A stretch of DNA of 64,000 bases from a virus: IMG/VR virus record IMGVR_UViG_3300047476_000972, positions 13,562-77,561 of that record. The stretch is one strand, 5' to 3'. The position numbers and the translations under genes were made by a program. Positions 28,177 through 41,805 of the stretch are shown piece after piece; the stretch's first letter is position 1, and every line of letters starts with the position of its first letter. The notes beneath the pieces are model-generated. The model was given only the letters and a program-made list of their open reading frames with translations, searched no databases and had not been told where the DNA came from.

Positions 28177-30816
28177 ATGAGCGCATGGGAGACAGCGGGT
28201 AACGGAAAGCTTGCTCGCGGAGCCGCGTACTTTGCACGTGAGCACGGGTGGACAATTCTGCCAGTACACGGCATTACCAATGACGGTCGTTGCACCTGTG
28301 GTCGTCCTCACGCAGAGACCAAAGACATTGGTAAGCACCCAGCTCTGAATAGCTGGAACACTGAATCCTCTAACAATCCTGAAGTAGTTGCTAAGTGGTA
28401 CGAAGAAAACCCTGACTACAACATCGGTGTTTTCTGTAAGCCGTCTGGATTCTTTGCGATTGATATTGATCCACGTTCTGGTGGAGATGACTCTTTTGAG
28501 ATTCTTGAAGCACGCGCCGAGGGTGCACTACCTCCAACTGTTGAGGCGCAGACCGGAAACTACACCGTACGTGGAAAAGTTGTACGTGGTCGCCACCTAA
28601 TCTACAAGTGCGATCCTAATGAGAAGTTCCTAGGAAACTTAGAAAAGTCTGGCCTTAAGGGAATTGATATTAAGCACAATGGGTACATTCTTATTGCGCC
28701 TTCTCGCCACTTCTCTGGTACTACATACGACTGGAAGCCTGGTCACGCTCCTTGGGAGATGGAAATTGCTACAGCACCTGAAGAACTACTTGCAGTCCTA
28801 CGTGCTCGTACGCCTCGTCAGGGATCTGGCTCTGCGTACAAAGAAGGATCGTGGGATTGGCTGGACGAGCTTGAGTTCAGTGGTGAAAAAGTTGACATCG
28901 AAAAGATTCTCGGTGAAGGCATTGACGAAGGCCACCGAGCAGTCGAGGTTTATCGACTTGCTTGTGCTCTAGCAAATAAGTTTGGTACCAGCTCTGAATC
29001 TCGTTTGATGATTGAGTCAATGATGATTCGCTTCAATCACGAGATGATCCGTCCTCCTATGGAGCTAGAGGGTCCTAACTCGCTATTGATGCATACTCAC
29101 CGTGCAATTGATTTTGTCTCTAACAGTCCGAAACTTGATCGCAAGTGGGAGGGCCTCACGGAGTGGGCGCGTAATGGCGGTAACGAATGGGCTAAGAGGT
29201 CTCAGGAGGAAACCTCTCAGTCTCTAGTTCTATCTGGCTCTGACAACTCTGCTATGCCTGTTGCTTCTATGCCACCTAAGTTTGTTGGGGACATTGTTAC
29301 TGACCTAATTGAGAGTGGTGTTTCTGTAGCAGATGCTACAAACAAGGGAAACACTCCCCTACCTAAAGATGTTGACGCAATTAGCGCCGAAGATGGTGGA
29401 CGTCCGGGCTATCGAACTCTTACTGATGTTGGTAACAGCCGTAGGCTTATTGATACATATGGATCTGCAATCCGCTACACCCCTGGACTTGGCTGGTTCT
29501 ATTGGGAAGGTCAGTACTGGTGTCCAGACGCTGAAGAACTTCACCTAAAAGAGCTAGCTAAACGAATTTCTACGGTTATTGCCAGCGAAGTTATTAACTA
29601 CGACGAAGACGACCCTAAGCGTTCAGAATTAGTAAACCACGCTAAGCAAGCCAAGTCAGCTGCAAAGATTTCGACCATGACAGCACTTGCTGACTCAGAT
29701 GAGCGAGTCTCTGTTCCTGTAGAAAACTGGGACAGCTCACCGCACTTGCTTGGTGTTCTCAATGGTGTGGTTGATCTACGTAGCGGAGAACTTCTACGTG
29801 GTCGTCCTGATCTGCACATTACCAAGCGTGCTCCGGTCTCGTACACTCCCGGGTTGCGCAACATCCGCTGGGAACAGTTTATTGACTATGCAACTGGTGG
29901 CGATAAAGAACTCCAAGAGTGGATCCAAAAAGCAGTTGGCTATACACTAACGGGTCTTAGCAACCAAGACGTATTGTTTTTGGTCTATGGACCTCCAGGA
30001 TCTGGTAAGAACACGTTCGTTGAGACTATTGTCAATGCCCTTGGTTCTGAACAGTACGCTGGAAAATTGCCATCTGAAATTATGGCGTCTGGTCAGGCTC
30101 AAAACTCTTCGAACCAGTACTACATGGCTGAACTTCGTGGTAAGCGTATGATCTGGATTGACGAGTTGCCAGAGTCCGAGCGCCTAAATGAAAACCAGAT
30201 TAAGCAGCTGACTGGTTCATCTACTATTCAGGGCCGTTCACCTGGCGAGAAGCCTTTTACATTCAAGGCCCAAGGCAAGATGTGGATCACGACTAACCAC
30301 CGTCCGATCATTACTGACGATGCTATGTGGCGTCGTCTGCGTCCAATCCCATGGTCAAACATCCCAGAGACTTCAGATCCAGACCTAAAAGCATACCTAT
30401 CCGACCCAGAGGGTGGTCTTCCAGCAGTTCTATCATGGGCGGTAGATGGCGCAATTAAGTACCTGACTTCTTCTGCGCGCGATCCTCTTGGAATGTGCGG
30501 TGCTATTAGTGACGCTTCTGACATCTATCGTAAGAACGAAGACCGAATCGGTATCTTCCTTGATGAAGAAACGAAGGAGTCGGTAGGCGCATCTGCCCAG
30601 ATTAAGAGCCTCTACTCTGTCTATCGTGTGTGGAGTGATGAGCGTGGTGAGCGTCCTATGTCACAGATTGCGTTCCAGCGTAAGCTCTCGGATCGCGGTA
30701 TGACAGTTGTTGGTCAGGGAGCTAAGGCAACTCTAGAGAATCGTGCTTTGAACCCTCGTGTTGTTCCTAGTGGTGAAGTAGACTGGGGTATGGCAACACG
30801 ACTAGCTCGAATCTAA
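28177..30816 (+). CDS. Bifunctional primase-polymerase fused to a D5-like SF3 helicase
   Basis: CTCG, GKHP, NIG, IDID.R and G.HL Prim-Pol motifs; TD.GN; Walker A GPPGSGKNT; DE; TNH.P; DDAMWRR. Confidence 0.92.
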   Translation: MSAWETAGNGKLARGAAYFAREHGWTILPVHGITNDGRCTCGRPHAETKDIGKHPALNSWNTESSNNPEVVAKWYEENPDYNIGVFCKPSGFFAIDIDPRSGGDDSFEILEARAEGALPPTVEAQTGNYTVRGKVVRGRHLIYKCDPNEKFLGNLEKSGLKGIDIKHNGYILIAPSRHFSGTTYDWKPGHAPWEMEIATAPEELLAVLRARTPRQGSGSAYKEGSWDWLDELEFSGEKVDIEKILGEGIDEGHRAVEVYRLACALANKFGTSSESRLMIESMMIRFNHEMIRPPMELEGPNSLLMHTHRAIDFVSNSPKLDRKWEGLTEWARNGGNEWAKRSQEETSQSLVLSGSDNSAMPVASMPPKFVGDIVTDLIESGVSVADATNKGNTPLPKDVDAISAEDGGRPGYRTLTDVGNSRRLIDTYGSAIRYTPGLGWFYWEGQYWCPDAEELHLKELAKRISTVIASEVINYDEDDPKRSELVNHAKQAKSAAKISTMTALADSDERVSVPVENWDSSPHLLGVLNGVVDLRSGELLRGRPDLHITKRAPVSYTPGLRNIRWEQFIDYATGGDKELQEWIQKAVGYTLTGLSNQDVLFLVYGPPGSGKNTFVETIVNALGSEQYAGKLPSEIMASGQAQNSSNQYYMAELRGKRMIWIDELPESERLNENQIKQLTGSSTIQGRSPGEKPFTFKAQGKMWITTNHRPIITDDAMWRRLRPIPWSNIPETSDPDLKAYLSDPEGGLPAVLSWAVDGAIKYLTSSARDPLGMCGAISDASDIYRKNEDRIGIFLDEETKESVGASAQIKSLYSVYRVWSDERGERPMSQIAFQRKLSDRGMTVVGQGAKATLENRALNPRVVPSGEVDWGMATRLARI

Positions 30817-30823
30817 GGATAAA

Positions 30824-31579
30824 ATGAAACTCTTTATCGGAACGCCAATGTATGGCGGAAACTGCAAAACTTCCTATGTGCAGAGTCTTTTAGATCTAAT
30901 TTTACAACTGAAGGCTACCGAAGGCTATGAAGTTGAGTGGAGCTTTATTTACAATGAAAGCCTTATCACTCGAGCTAGAAACACCGTTGTTGATAATTTC
31001 CTAAAGTCTGATGCAGATGCGCTTCTATTTATCGATAGTGATCACGGGTTCTCTGCTAGTGACATCATAAAGATGATTGAGTCTGGTAAAGATCTTATTG
31101 GTGCGGTTTATCCGATGAAGGCACTGAATTGGGAAAGAACTGTAGACGCAGCTAATCTTGGGTATCCAGATATCGAGTACTATAGTGGGTTCTTCGCGGC
31201 TAACATGTTACCTGGAACAGTGAACTTTAGCATTCTCGAGCCGCTAGAAGTCGAGTCCGTTGGAACCGGAATGATGTTCATCACCCGAAAAGTTTTTGAG
31301 GAAATGGCACCAATTTGCCAGAAGTATGCAAGACACTCCCAAGGGAGTGGGGAGATTTCTTTCACCGATGATCCTTATATTGAGTTCTTCAAAACAAGTA
31401 TCGATGAGCGCGGAGTTCTTTTGTCTGAAGATTACGAGTTCTGCCGTATGTGGCGATCGCTGGGGAACTCGGTCTACGCAGCTCCTTGGGTAACTATTAC
31501 CCATGCCGGTGAGTATGTCTTTAAGGGTAGCTTTGCTAGAACTCTTATGTACTTAAATAATAAAGAAAATAAAAACTAA
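30824..31579 (+). CDS. GT2-like glycosyltransferase
   Basis: IGTPMYGG, NESLITRARN, FIDSD (DxD), GTGMM.I.R and LSEDY.FC motifs. Confidence 0.75.
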   Translation: MKLFIGTPMYGGNCKTSYVQSLLDLILQLKATEGYEVEWSFIYNESLITRARNTVVDNFLKSDADALLFIDSDHGFSASDIIKMIESGKDLIGAVYPMKALNWERTVDAANLGYPDIEYYSGFFAANMLPGTVNFSILEPLEVESVGTGMMFITRKVFEEMAPICQKYARHSQGSGEISFTDDPYIEFFKTSIDERGVLLSEDYEFCRMWRSLGNSVYAAPWVTITHAGEYVFKGSFARTLMYLNNKENKN

Positions 31580-31851
31580 GAAGTTTTAGACAAGTACTGA
31601 CCGTACTTCATTTTTAAGTGAGACTTCAGGGCCTTAGCCTCAGAGGAGTACTGATCAAATATCTCTGTTTCAGAGTATTCTTCTGGAGTTTTTGAACCAT
31701 CAGCCACCAAACTCGACTTTAGTTTATATGTAAAATCTCCTATAGATGCCTCGAAAAAGAACTCCCAGCGTTTAACCGATCCGTCCTCATTTAAAACTGG
31801 GCTAAGGTTAGTGATGCTTTTTGTTGCTAGGTCCCATGTCTCTTCTGGCAT
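31576..31851 (-). CDS. Hypothetical protein (end of fibre module B)
   Basis: Coupled 91 aa ORF. Confidence 0.55.
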   Translation of the reverse strand: MPEETWDLATKSITNLSPVLNEDGSVKRWEFFFEASIGDFTYKLKSSLVADGSKTPEEYSETEIFDQYSSEAKALKSHLKMKYGQYLSKTS

Positions 31852-32186
31852 TATCTAAGCCCTCTAATCAAAGCTTCAATCTCGACGTCGGTAAGTCCAA
31901 CTGTATCTTTGAGCTTCTGACGGGCAGTAAATGGCGCTTCTCTAGCTTCTATTTCTTCTGAAGTTAGGTTTCTGATGGCCCAAGTCTGAGTGTATGTCCC
32001 ACCATTCAACTCTGGACTTGTCTCGTAATATGTTTCTGTTGAGGTTATCGTCGGAGGATTGGTTGGCTCAACAGCAAACCACCCGACGGGCAGTTGATCA
32101 CCTATTTGCCACCCCTCAACTGCGAGGGCAGCATCTCCAGGGAAAAGTGGATATCTGTTATTTACCGTGTCAATATACATATACAT
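31851..32186 (-). CDS. Tail fibre assembly / chaperone-like small protein
   Basis: YP, P.GW..V, E..P...G...QTW and GLT..EI.AL pattern typical of fibre-associated proteins. Confidence 0.55.
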   Translation of the reverse strand: MYMYIDTVNNRYPLFPGDAALAVEGWQIGDQLPVGWFAVEPTNPPTITSTETYYETSPELNGGTYTQTWAIRNLTSEEIEAREAPFTARQKLKDTVGLTDVEIEALIRGLR

Positions 32187-32189
32187 AGT

Positions 32190-33533
32190 TTACTTTATGT
32201 TCCTTTTGTATGAAGAAAGAGTACCAGAAAAAGCGCTAGTACTAGCATTTCCTGATGTCGAGGATGTGGTAGCTACTCCGATAGATGTAGAGGCCCATGA
32301 GGCCGGAGTTGCTGAAGCTAGAGATCCAACCGAGTAATTGATGTCTCCATATGTCCCAGTTAGTGAACCATCGCCAGGAAGTTTAACAATTCCAACGCAT
32401 GCATTACTTGAGCCATTAATGGTTATAGATCCAACTGGTATATACAAATTTTCACTAGAATCTAGTTTTATTTCAAAGCCGTATCCGGCACTTACACCAG
32501 ATAGAATTCGTTGCCAAAGTAAATTGCCATTAGTGTCATACTTAGCAATTAGAGTATTGTAGTTGGGGTAATCACTGCCTACCGCATAGATATTTCCAGA
32601 TGTCGGAGAATGCACTACTGATCGCCATAGTCCCCCCTCGAGAGCTCTAGTCCAGGCGACAGACCCGTTGGATCCGTTGATTTTGGACAGAACTGCCAAC
32701 ACCGTGTAAGGAGTGACTCCGCTATCTGATCCTTGATACCCGGCAGCGTAGGCATTTGTGGTGTCGGCAGACATACATAGTGTACTGCTATATCGATTAG
32801 AGTCGTTATTGTAGTATATACTCCAGAGCTGGCCATACGTTTCATTTAATTTAGTAATTAATCCGTAGGCTTCTGGAAATGATCCAGTGGATGCAAAGTC
32901 TCCATAAAAATACAGACTTTGAGTAGAACCTTCCATTTTTACGTTATCAAAGTAGCCGTTACTGCCGTGAGTGAGATTACGATACGTATTAAAATTATCT
33001 CCAGTAGTGTTAAACCTAGTAGTCATGTAATAGATACTAGGCGCGCTGCCGAATCCTGCTACAGATACGGTATTTCCGAATGGGTCTAATGCTAAAGATC
33101 TGTGGTGAAATAGACTGTTACTCGTCACCCCGTCCCCTACCAGTCTTTGCCATATAATGTCTCCGTTTAGGTCTATTTTCATATGTAGTCTTTTAGCTAC
33201 GCCGCTTGTATAAACGGCACCTAAAAGAAACAGCTCGGAACCACTACATTGCATTGACTGAAAATAAGTTTCTGCACCAGCTTGGTACCATTTTTGCCAG
33301 ACTTTACGTCCGTATTGGTCAATTTTTGCCAAAAATCCAGAACTTAGGTTGCTTGGCCCAGATCCATATCCACATACGTAACTATTTCCCGAGGAATCAA
33401 TGGCAATTCCTTGAACCCCTTCGTATGTTGATGACGTCTCGCCGAAGACTGAAACCCAGTGAGGAGATAGAGTCTCTAAAAATCTTCCACCGCTACCCAT
33501 GGAAGCATTTCCCAATGATTGAAGTATTGGCAT
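32190..33533 (-). CDS. Beta-propeller repeat protein (receptor-binding tip candidate)
   Basis: Repeated IAIDSSGN.YV.G ... AK.D..G...WQ units; N-terminal MPIL.SLG.AS docking peptide. Confidence 0.7.
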   Translation of the reverse strand: MPILQSLGNASMGSGGRFLETLSPHWVSVFGETSSTYEGVQGIAIDSSGNSYVCGYGSGPSNLSSGFLAKIDQYGRKVWQKWYQAGAETYFQSMQCSGSELFLLGAVYTSGVAKRLHMKIDLNGDIIWQRLVGDGVTSNSLFHHRSLALDPFGNTVSVAGFGSAPSIYYMTTRFNTTGDNFNTYRNLTHGSNGYFDNVKMEGSTQSLYFYGDFASTGSFPEAYGLITKLNETYGQLWSIYYNNDSNRYSSTLCMSADTTNAYAAGYQGSDSGVTPYTVLAVLSKINGSNGSVAWTRALEGGLWRSVVHSPTSGNIYAVGSDYPNYNTLIAKYDTNGNLLWQRILSGVSAGYGFEIKLDSSENLYIPVGSITINGSSNACVGIVKLPGDGSLTGTYGDINYSVGSLASATPASWASTSIGVATTSSTSGNASTSAFSGTLSSYKRNIK

Positions 33534-33539
33534 AAATAC

Positions 33540-37134
<3,595 letters not shown>

Positions 37135-37135
<1 letters not shown>

Positions 37136-37497
37136 TATTTAGTTACCTCCGCGCGAACAGTTAGGTTTCCTTGAAGGAGGTTGGTAACTGTTCCAGTTGA
37201 TGTTTCTTCTAGCTCTAGATCGTATACATAGATACCTGGAGTCATAGCAGCTGTCTGAGACGGGGTTATTAATATGATGACAGAACCTATTGACGCATTT
37301 ATAGAGAGGCCGTTTGATGGAGTAGTTAGCTCCAGAATAGTGTTGAGATCGGGGGTCTTCTCGCGAATATCCATGCGAGCTGTGTATCCAGTTAAAGGAA
37401 CTACATTTTTTGCAGAACTTTTAAGCGCTATAGATCGATGCAAGGTAGCACCTTGATCTACTACTATATCATAAACATTAGTGGTTGCGCAATACAC
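37135..37497 (-). CDS. BppU-like fibre anchor/adaptor protein (module B)
   Basis: YDI..DQGAT, L.GYTARM.IR, L.LTT, G.YVYDLEL and L.QG...V..EVT; paralog of 50309-50671. Confidence 0.7.
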
Positions 37498-37553
37498 GGG
37501 AATCCTCTGGAGAAAAGGCTAGTCCTTTATATTTTACCGTATTTAGGGTTTTC

Positions 37554-38153
37554 CTAGTTGGTTAGCTTTTTAATCCAGAATGCTGGGGCCATATACTTTA
37601 CCCCTGCTAGTACAGGAATGGACTCGTGGTAGTACGGAGCTACTGAGGGAAAGATCACTACACTACCAGCTTCTGGCTTAATCCTCACCCCGAACTCTGT
37701 AAAGTTAAGCTCTCCACCCTCCACGTCATCATTTAGATATAAAACTGCAGACATTAGTGGCTCTATAGCAGGGTCTCCGTAGTAGTCCACGTGGGGTCCC
37801 ATAGCTGAGCCTGTAGCATATTTTGAAATACTAAGAGGCAGTGGGTCTTTGTACTCGATGTAATTTTTACGGGCATAGTCTTGTCCGACTTTTGTTAGTG
37901 CATCTTTTATCGTACTATAGACTGCCCGAGCAGCCTCGGAGCTGGTACTTAGCTTGGATTCATCTGTGGACTTCTTTTGGCCAAAAACATACTTTGGCCC
38001 CTCTCCCGAGGCTACCCACTCGCTCCATTTTTCAATGGCATCATTGTCAGTAAGATCTTCGTCAGATGTTTCGATTAAAGATACTAGGTCGCTAGGGGCG
38101 TCTACTACATTTTTATAGTAGTAAATCTTGTCTGCAAAAATTTCTGGTTGCAT
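37554..38153 (-). CDS. 2OG-Fe(II) oxygenase (prolyl-4-hydroxylase-like)
   Basis: H-V-D, YLNDD.EGGEL, HES and KY motifs; ATG at 38153 overlaps the upstream stop. Confidence 0.85.
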   Translation of the reverse strand: MQPEIFADKIYYYKNVVDAPSDLVSLIETSDEDLTDNDAIEKWSEWVASGEGPKYVFGQKKSTDESKLSTSSEAARAVYSTIKDALTKVGQDYARKNYIEYKDPLPLSISKYATGSAMGPHVDYYGDPAIEPLMSAVLYLNDDVEGGELNFTEFGVRIKPEAGSVVIFPSVAPYYHESIPVLAGVKYMAPAFWIKKLTN

Positions 38154-38887
38154 TAGGCGAACTTGTTGCCCTTTTCCCACTCTACTTTTTGCTCCGCCTG
38201 AGCCTTACGGACTTCTCGAATCTCTTCTTCCCAAGCTGCCTTCTTTTCATCAGAGTAGACTGCGTCAGCGAAGTCCCAGAAGGAAACCATGGTGTAGCGA
38301 GTGCCTTTTAAAATTTCTTGAACTCCGTGAATATTCTCTACTCCACCTGGGAAACAGATGTATGAATAGGCGCGTGGCTTAAATTCGATATCGTGCTCTG
38401 GGAAATACAACTCCCCGCCCTCGTAGTCATCATTCAAGTACAGAATCCCGACATACTTATTAATTTCAAATGCATTAGGGTGACCATCAAAGTCGGAGTT
38501 GTCCGAGTGCGGGGCCGCGAATCCGCCTACATCCCATTTCTGAGCGTGGGAAGTATTTGCCACTACTTCGCGATCAAAGACTAGTTCAATAGCTTCTTGA
38601 AACTTCTGTCGAAGTAACTCGAAGAATCGTGGTGGTAGAGAGTACTCTGCCAGTTTAGGATCGTCTGGGTGGATTCCCATTCCAGAAGAGCCATAGAAAG
38701 CGATGTCGCCCCACTGGGAAGAGTATGACTCAATGTAATCAATGATGCTCTTAGCTGCGTCTGGCGTCACAAAATTAGGAATCTCTATGATTCTGTTCTG
38801 CGGAATACCGAGCTCGCCTTTAACAGTAGGCTCGTCTTTGTAGATGATAAAAGTGTCTTTATCAATAGTTTCAAGATATAGAGACAT
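38153..38887 (-). CDS. 2OG-Fe(II) oxygenase (P4H-like)
   Basis: H-S-D, YLNDDYEGGEL, HGV and RY motifs. Confidence 0.85.
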   Translation of the reverse strand: MSLYLETIDKDTFIIYKDEPTVKGELGIPQNRIIEIPNFVTPDAAKSIIDYIESYSSQWGDIAFYGSSGMGIHPDDPKLAEYSLPPRFFELLRQKFQEAIELVFDREVVANTSHAQKWDVGGFAAPHSDNSDFDGHPNAFEINKYVGILYLNDDYEGGELYFPEHDIEFKPRAYSYICFPGGVENIHGVQEILKGTRYTMVSFWDFADAVYSDEKKAAWEEEIREVRKAQAEQKVEWEKGNKFA

Positions 38888-39660
38888 TAGTGGTCAATAC
38901 CTTTCAGGTTATAGCGTCCAGAGTTTCGCTCTACGCGTTCGCGTTCTTTTTCCATTTCGGCCCAGACTTCGTGGCCATATTTTGCTTGACCATCGCGCCA
39001 CTCCTGAGTGCCTTCGAATTCATATTGCCAGAAAGATCGTACGAAGTACTTCTGACCAGCGGTAGTTTTATTAACGCCATGGTAGTAAGGAGCTCGAGAA
39101 GGGAACACTAGAACGTCTCCCGCCTGAGGCTTGTGCATGAAGAACTCTACGTCTGTCCCTTCTTCGTTGAGGACCTTAAAACAGATCTCTCCGCCCTCAT
39201 AGTCTCCATTTAGATACATGGTGCATGTCATAACTGGCTTGTCTCCGGGAGCGTCTGCGCGCTCCTGTTGAAAGTCTGTGTGATAGAACATGCCCACGTT
39301 AGTGTCTGCTCCGCCATCTGTTTTGTACATACAGATAGCAGGGGCGGTGAATTTCCAGTTGGGAATGCTGTCAGTGAAGTAAGTATCATAATAATGCTTG
39401 GTAGCTTCATAAAACGCTTGAAGAATTTTTAAAGCAGGATCAGTTAGATCCTTATCACCAGCTAGTAAGGCCTGAGACCACTCTTCTTCATTTGGAAATG
39501 ACGAAAATGTGTGATTCCTGACCTTAACAGTGGTCAAATCTCCGAAAGTGAACCACTGACGCCACTCACTATTGTTCTTGTGGAACTCGATGATCTCTTC
39601 TGGGTTTTCATAGAGACCTCGATACACAATCACATTTGGGTAGAGTTCCAGAACTTCCAT
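38887..39660 (-). CDS. 2OG-Fe(II) oxygenase (P4H-like)
   Basis: H-T-D, YLNGDYEGGEI, HGV and KY motifs; ATG at 39660 overlaps the upstream stop. Confidence 0.85.
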   Translation of the reverse strand: MEVLELYPNVIVYRGLYENPEEIIEFHKNNSEWRQWFTFGDLTTVKVRNHTFSSFPNEEEWSQALLAGDKDLTDPALKILQAFYEATKHYYDTYFTDSIPNWKFTAPAICMYKTDGGADTNVGMFYHTDFQQERADAPGDKPVMTCTMYLNGDYEGGEICFKVLNEEGTDVEFFMHKPQAGDVLVFPSRAPYYHGVNKTTAGQKYFVRSFWQYEFEGTQEWRDGQAKYGHEVWAEMEKERERVERNSGRYNLKGIDH

Positions 39661-40343
39661 TAGATACCGCACTGGCTTTCATGAGAAAGAATAGTCCAGA
39701 AGAATGGCACTGTGTAACGGATTCCAGACGTAATCTGAGTTACGCCGTGAATATACTCCATATCGCCTGGGAAGAAGTAGGCAGCTCCAGCCTTTGGCTT
39801 GAATTGGATTCCCTGATTAGGAAAGTACAACTCCCCGCCTTCATAGTCATCATTGATGTAGAAAAGACCAGCAATGTCGTAGTACGGGAAGTCGTTTGGC
39901 TTTCCGCGATCTTCTCCCTCGTGCAACTCTTTATCTGCGTGAGGCATCTGTAGCTGGCCTGGCAACCAACGAACTAGTGCTGGAGATGTAGGAACCGCAT
40001 CTACTTTAAAGAACGCGTCTACTTCTCTCTTTAGTCGTTCAACCATTCCGTTGATAACTTCTGGAATCTTAGGGTCTACGGCACGAATAGTGTCATAGGT
40101 AGCTACTCGATCTTTCCAATACTCCGAGTCATAAATGACAGTGCCCTCTTCGTTATAGTGGGTTTCTGTGACATCCCATGAGGTGTTTGATCGGATAAAC
40201 GCATTGAGAGTCTGTAGCTCCTCGGGCGTCATAAAATCTTCTCTGGCCTGAATGTTGGAAGGGCTGTTTCCAAAGAATCCAGAAGGTGTTATGGACATTC
40301 TGTTTTCTAGCCTAGAGTTTGAGTAGTCTTCTAAAGGTTCCAT
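39660..40343 (-). CDS. 2OG-Fe(II) oxygenase (P4H-like), leaderless
   Basis: H-A-D, YINDDYEGGEL, HGV and RY motifs; TGA-TAGGAT 6 nt upstream of the ATG. Confidence 0.85.
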   Translation of the reverse strand: MEPLEDYSNSRLENRMSITPSGFFGNSPSNIQAREDFMTPEELQTLNAFIRSNTSWDVTETHYNEEGTVIYDSEYWKDRVATYDTIRAVDPKIPEVINGMVERLKREVDAFFKVDAVPTSPALVRWLPGQLQMPHADKELHEGEDRGKPNDFPYYDIAGLFYINDDYEGGELYFPNQGIQFKPKAGAAYFFPGDMEYIHGVTQITSGIRYTVPFFWTILSHESQCGI

Positions 40344-40355
40344 GCATCTATCCTA

Positions 40356-41087
40356 TCATTCATAAACTCTTCGAGTCCAAACTTCCTTCTGGTAGACTCC
40401 CCCGTCTGGAACACGATACTTCTTGCTATTAGCGTTGTTGTCCATGGCCATTTTCATGTATGGGACCTTAGCATCAACTTCCGATTCCCAGTCCTCGCGC
40501 TTGAAGGGCAACATCTGAGCGTAAGGAGTACCTGCTGGCAGAACTCCAGTCCAACCTTTAACAATAAAAAATGGCATAGTCCCTGGAAGATTGACTTTGT
40601 CGTTGTCAATGATCCCGCTTGTTGTTAAAAATGGTAGCTCAAAGCGGTTAAATGGTTGAGTGTATAAGACGCTATACCCGTCTGGTACCTGCACTGCCCA
40701 GTCCGACCACCATGCAAAATGAACTTCATGATACCCCATCGGGGCTTTGAACTGAGGCATCGGCGGCCTGTTTTGAATGAAATCTTTATTTTGAGGATCT
40801 AATACTTTGGCTTTAATTACGCCATTGTCTTCATAGAACTCGATGTCACAAGGGGTGCGGTAGACATATCCGGTGCCCATGATGTCAAAAACAGCAGGGC
40901 AAGCCTTCCACGTTGGAATTTTTCCTCCGACATAAGGATCTTTCCAGTGTTCGCCATCTGGCTTGAGAGCAAAACGATCAGCTTTGCGATACCATTCAGG
41001 AATTGTCTTGATGGTCGGCTTTGGGGTTGACGGACTGTCTTCCGTTAGCCATGGGCGATTTTTGATGAATTTAATCAGTTGTTTCAA
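40356..41087 (-). CDS. DUF6065-like protein
   Basis: P.P...IPEWY, T.K.CP...D...GY...P.D, SGIID.D and AGTP..Q..PFKR motifs. Confidence 0.55.
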   Translation of the reverse strand: MKQLIKFIKNRPWLTEDSPSTPKPTIKTIPEWYRKADRFALKPDGEHWKDPYVGGKIPTWKACPAVFDIMGTGYVYRTPCDIEFYEDNGVIKAKVLDPQNKDFIQNRPPMPQFKAPMGYHEVHFAWWSDWAVQVPDGYSVLYTQPFNRFELPFLTTSGIIDNDKVNLPGTMPFFIVKGWTGVLPAGTPYAQMLPFKREDWESEVDAKVPYMKMAMDNNANSKKYRVPDGGVYQKEVWTRRVYE

Positions 41088-41805
41088 TTGTCATTCCTGT
41101 CACTGGGCATTTAATGGTTTTAAGTTTGATGTTCTTAGATTCATGTTGCCCCATAGAGGAGCCGTCATAGTTGACTGCATCACGATACATCTTTGACCAA
41201 TCGCCTTTAGAGTTTTTTGCTTCGGCAGCTTCGCCATACTTTCTCAGCTCTTCCCAGTATTCGTTTGGAAGACTGCCCTCTGTTATCTCCATCTGATAGC
41301 TCGACTGCAGATCGCCAATTGATATGGGGATCACAGCTGCTACGGGAGTGCCAGCGGGGATAAAGATTTCTTTGTTTGGCTCTGTAATTTTTATAGCAAG
41401 TGGCAGCTCGCCCTTATAAAAAGAGGTGCTTAGGATAGTGGTAAATGTCTGAGTCCCTCTAATAAATTGGTTCGGCACTGGCATTGTCAGCATTGATACG
41501 TCGACGTCAGTTGAAAAAACTAGCCCAGTCTTAAAACTAAGCGTACCGTGAGCCCTACCAGTGTAGACAAACTCTTCGCCCTCTAGAATTTTGACGTGGT
41601 GTTCTTCAGAGTTTTCTACGCCATCCCAGATCGCTCGGACATCTTTATTAAAGGAAATACCCCAGCCGAGACCATTAGTCAGTGTCATAGGAAAGCACAT
41701 ATACGCGTGCTTCCCTGAAGTATTGTCCATCCAGTCTCGGGTAGCACGTAGCTGCTCGATGGTCGCAGCTTTTTCGTGTAACCTTTGTACTCGGATAGTT
41801 TTCAT
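41071..41805 (-). CDS. DUF6065 family protein
   Basis: RDWMD.T...HAY.CFP....N..GW and AGTP.A...P motifs. Confidence 0.7.
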   Translation of the reverse strand: MKTIRVQRLHEKAATIEQLRATRDWMDNTSGKHAYMCFPMTLTNGLGWGISFNKDVRAIWDGVENSEEHHVKILEGEEFVYTGRAHGTLSFKTGLVFSTDVDVSMLTMPVPNQFIRGTQTFTTILSTSFYKGELPLAIKITEPNKEIFIPAGTPVAAVIPISIGDLQSSYQMEITEGSLPNEYWEELRKYGEAAEAKNSKGDWSKMYRDAVNYDGSSMGQHESKNIKLKTIKCPVTGMTIETTD

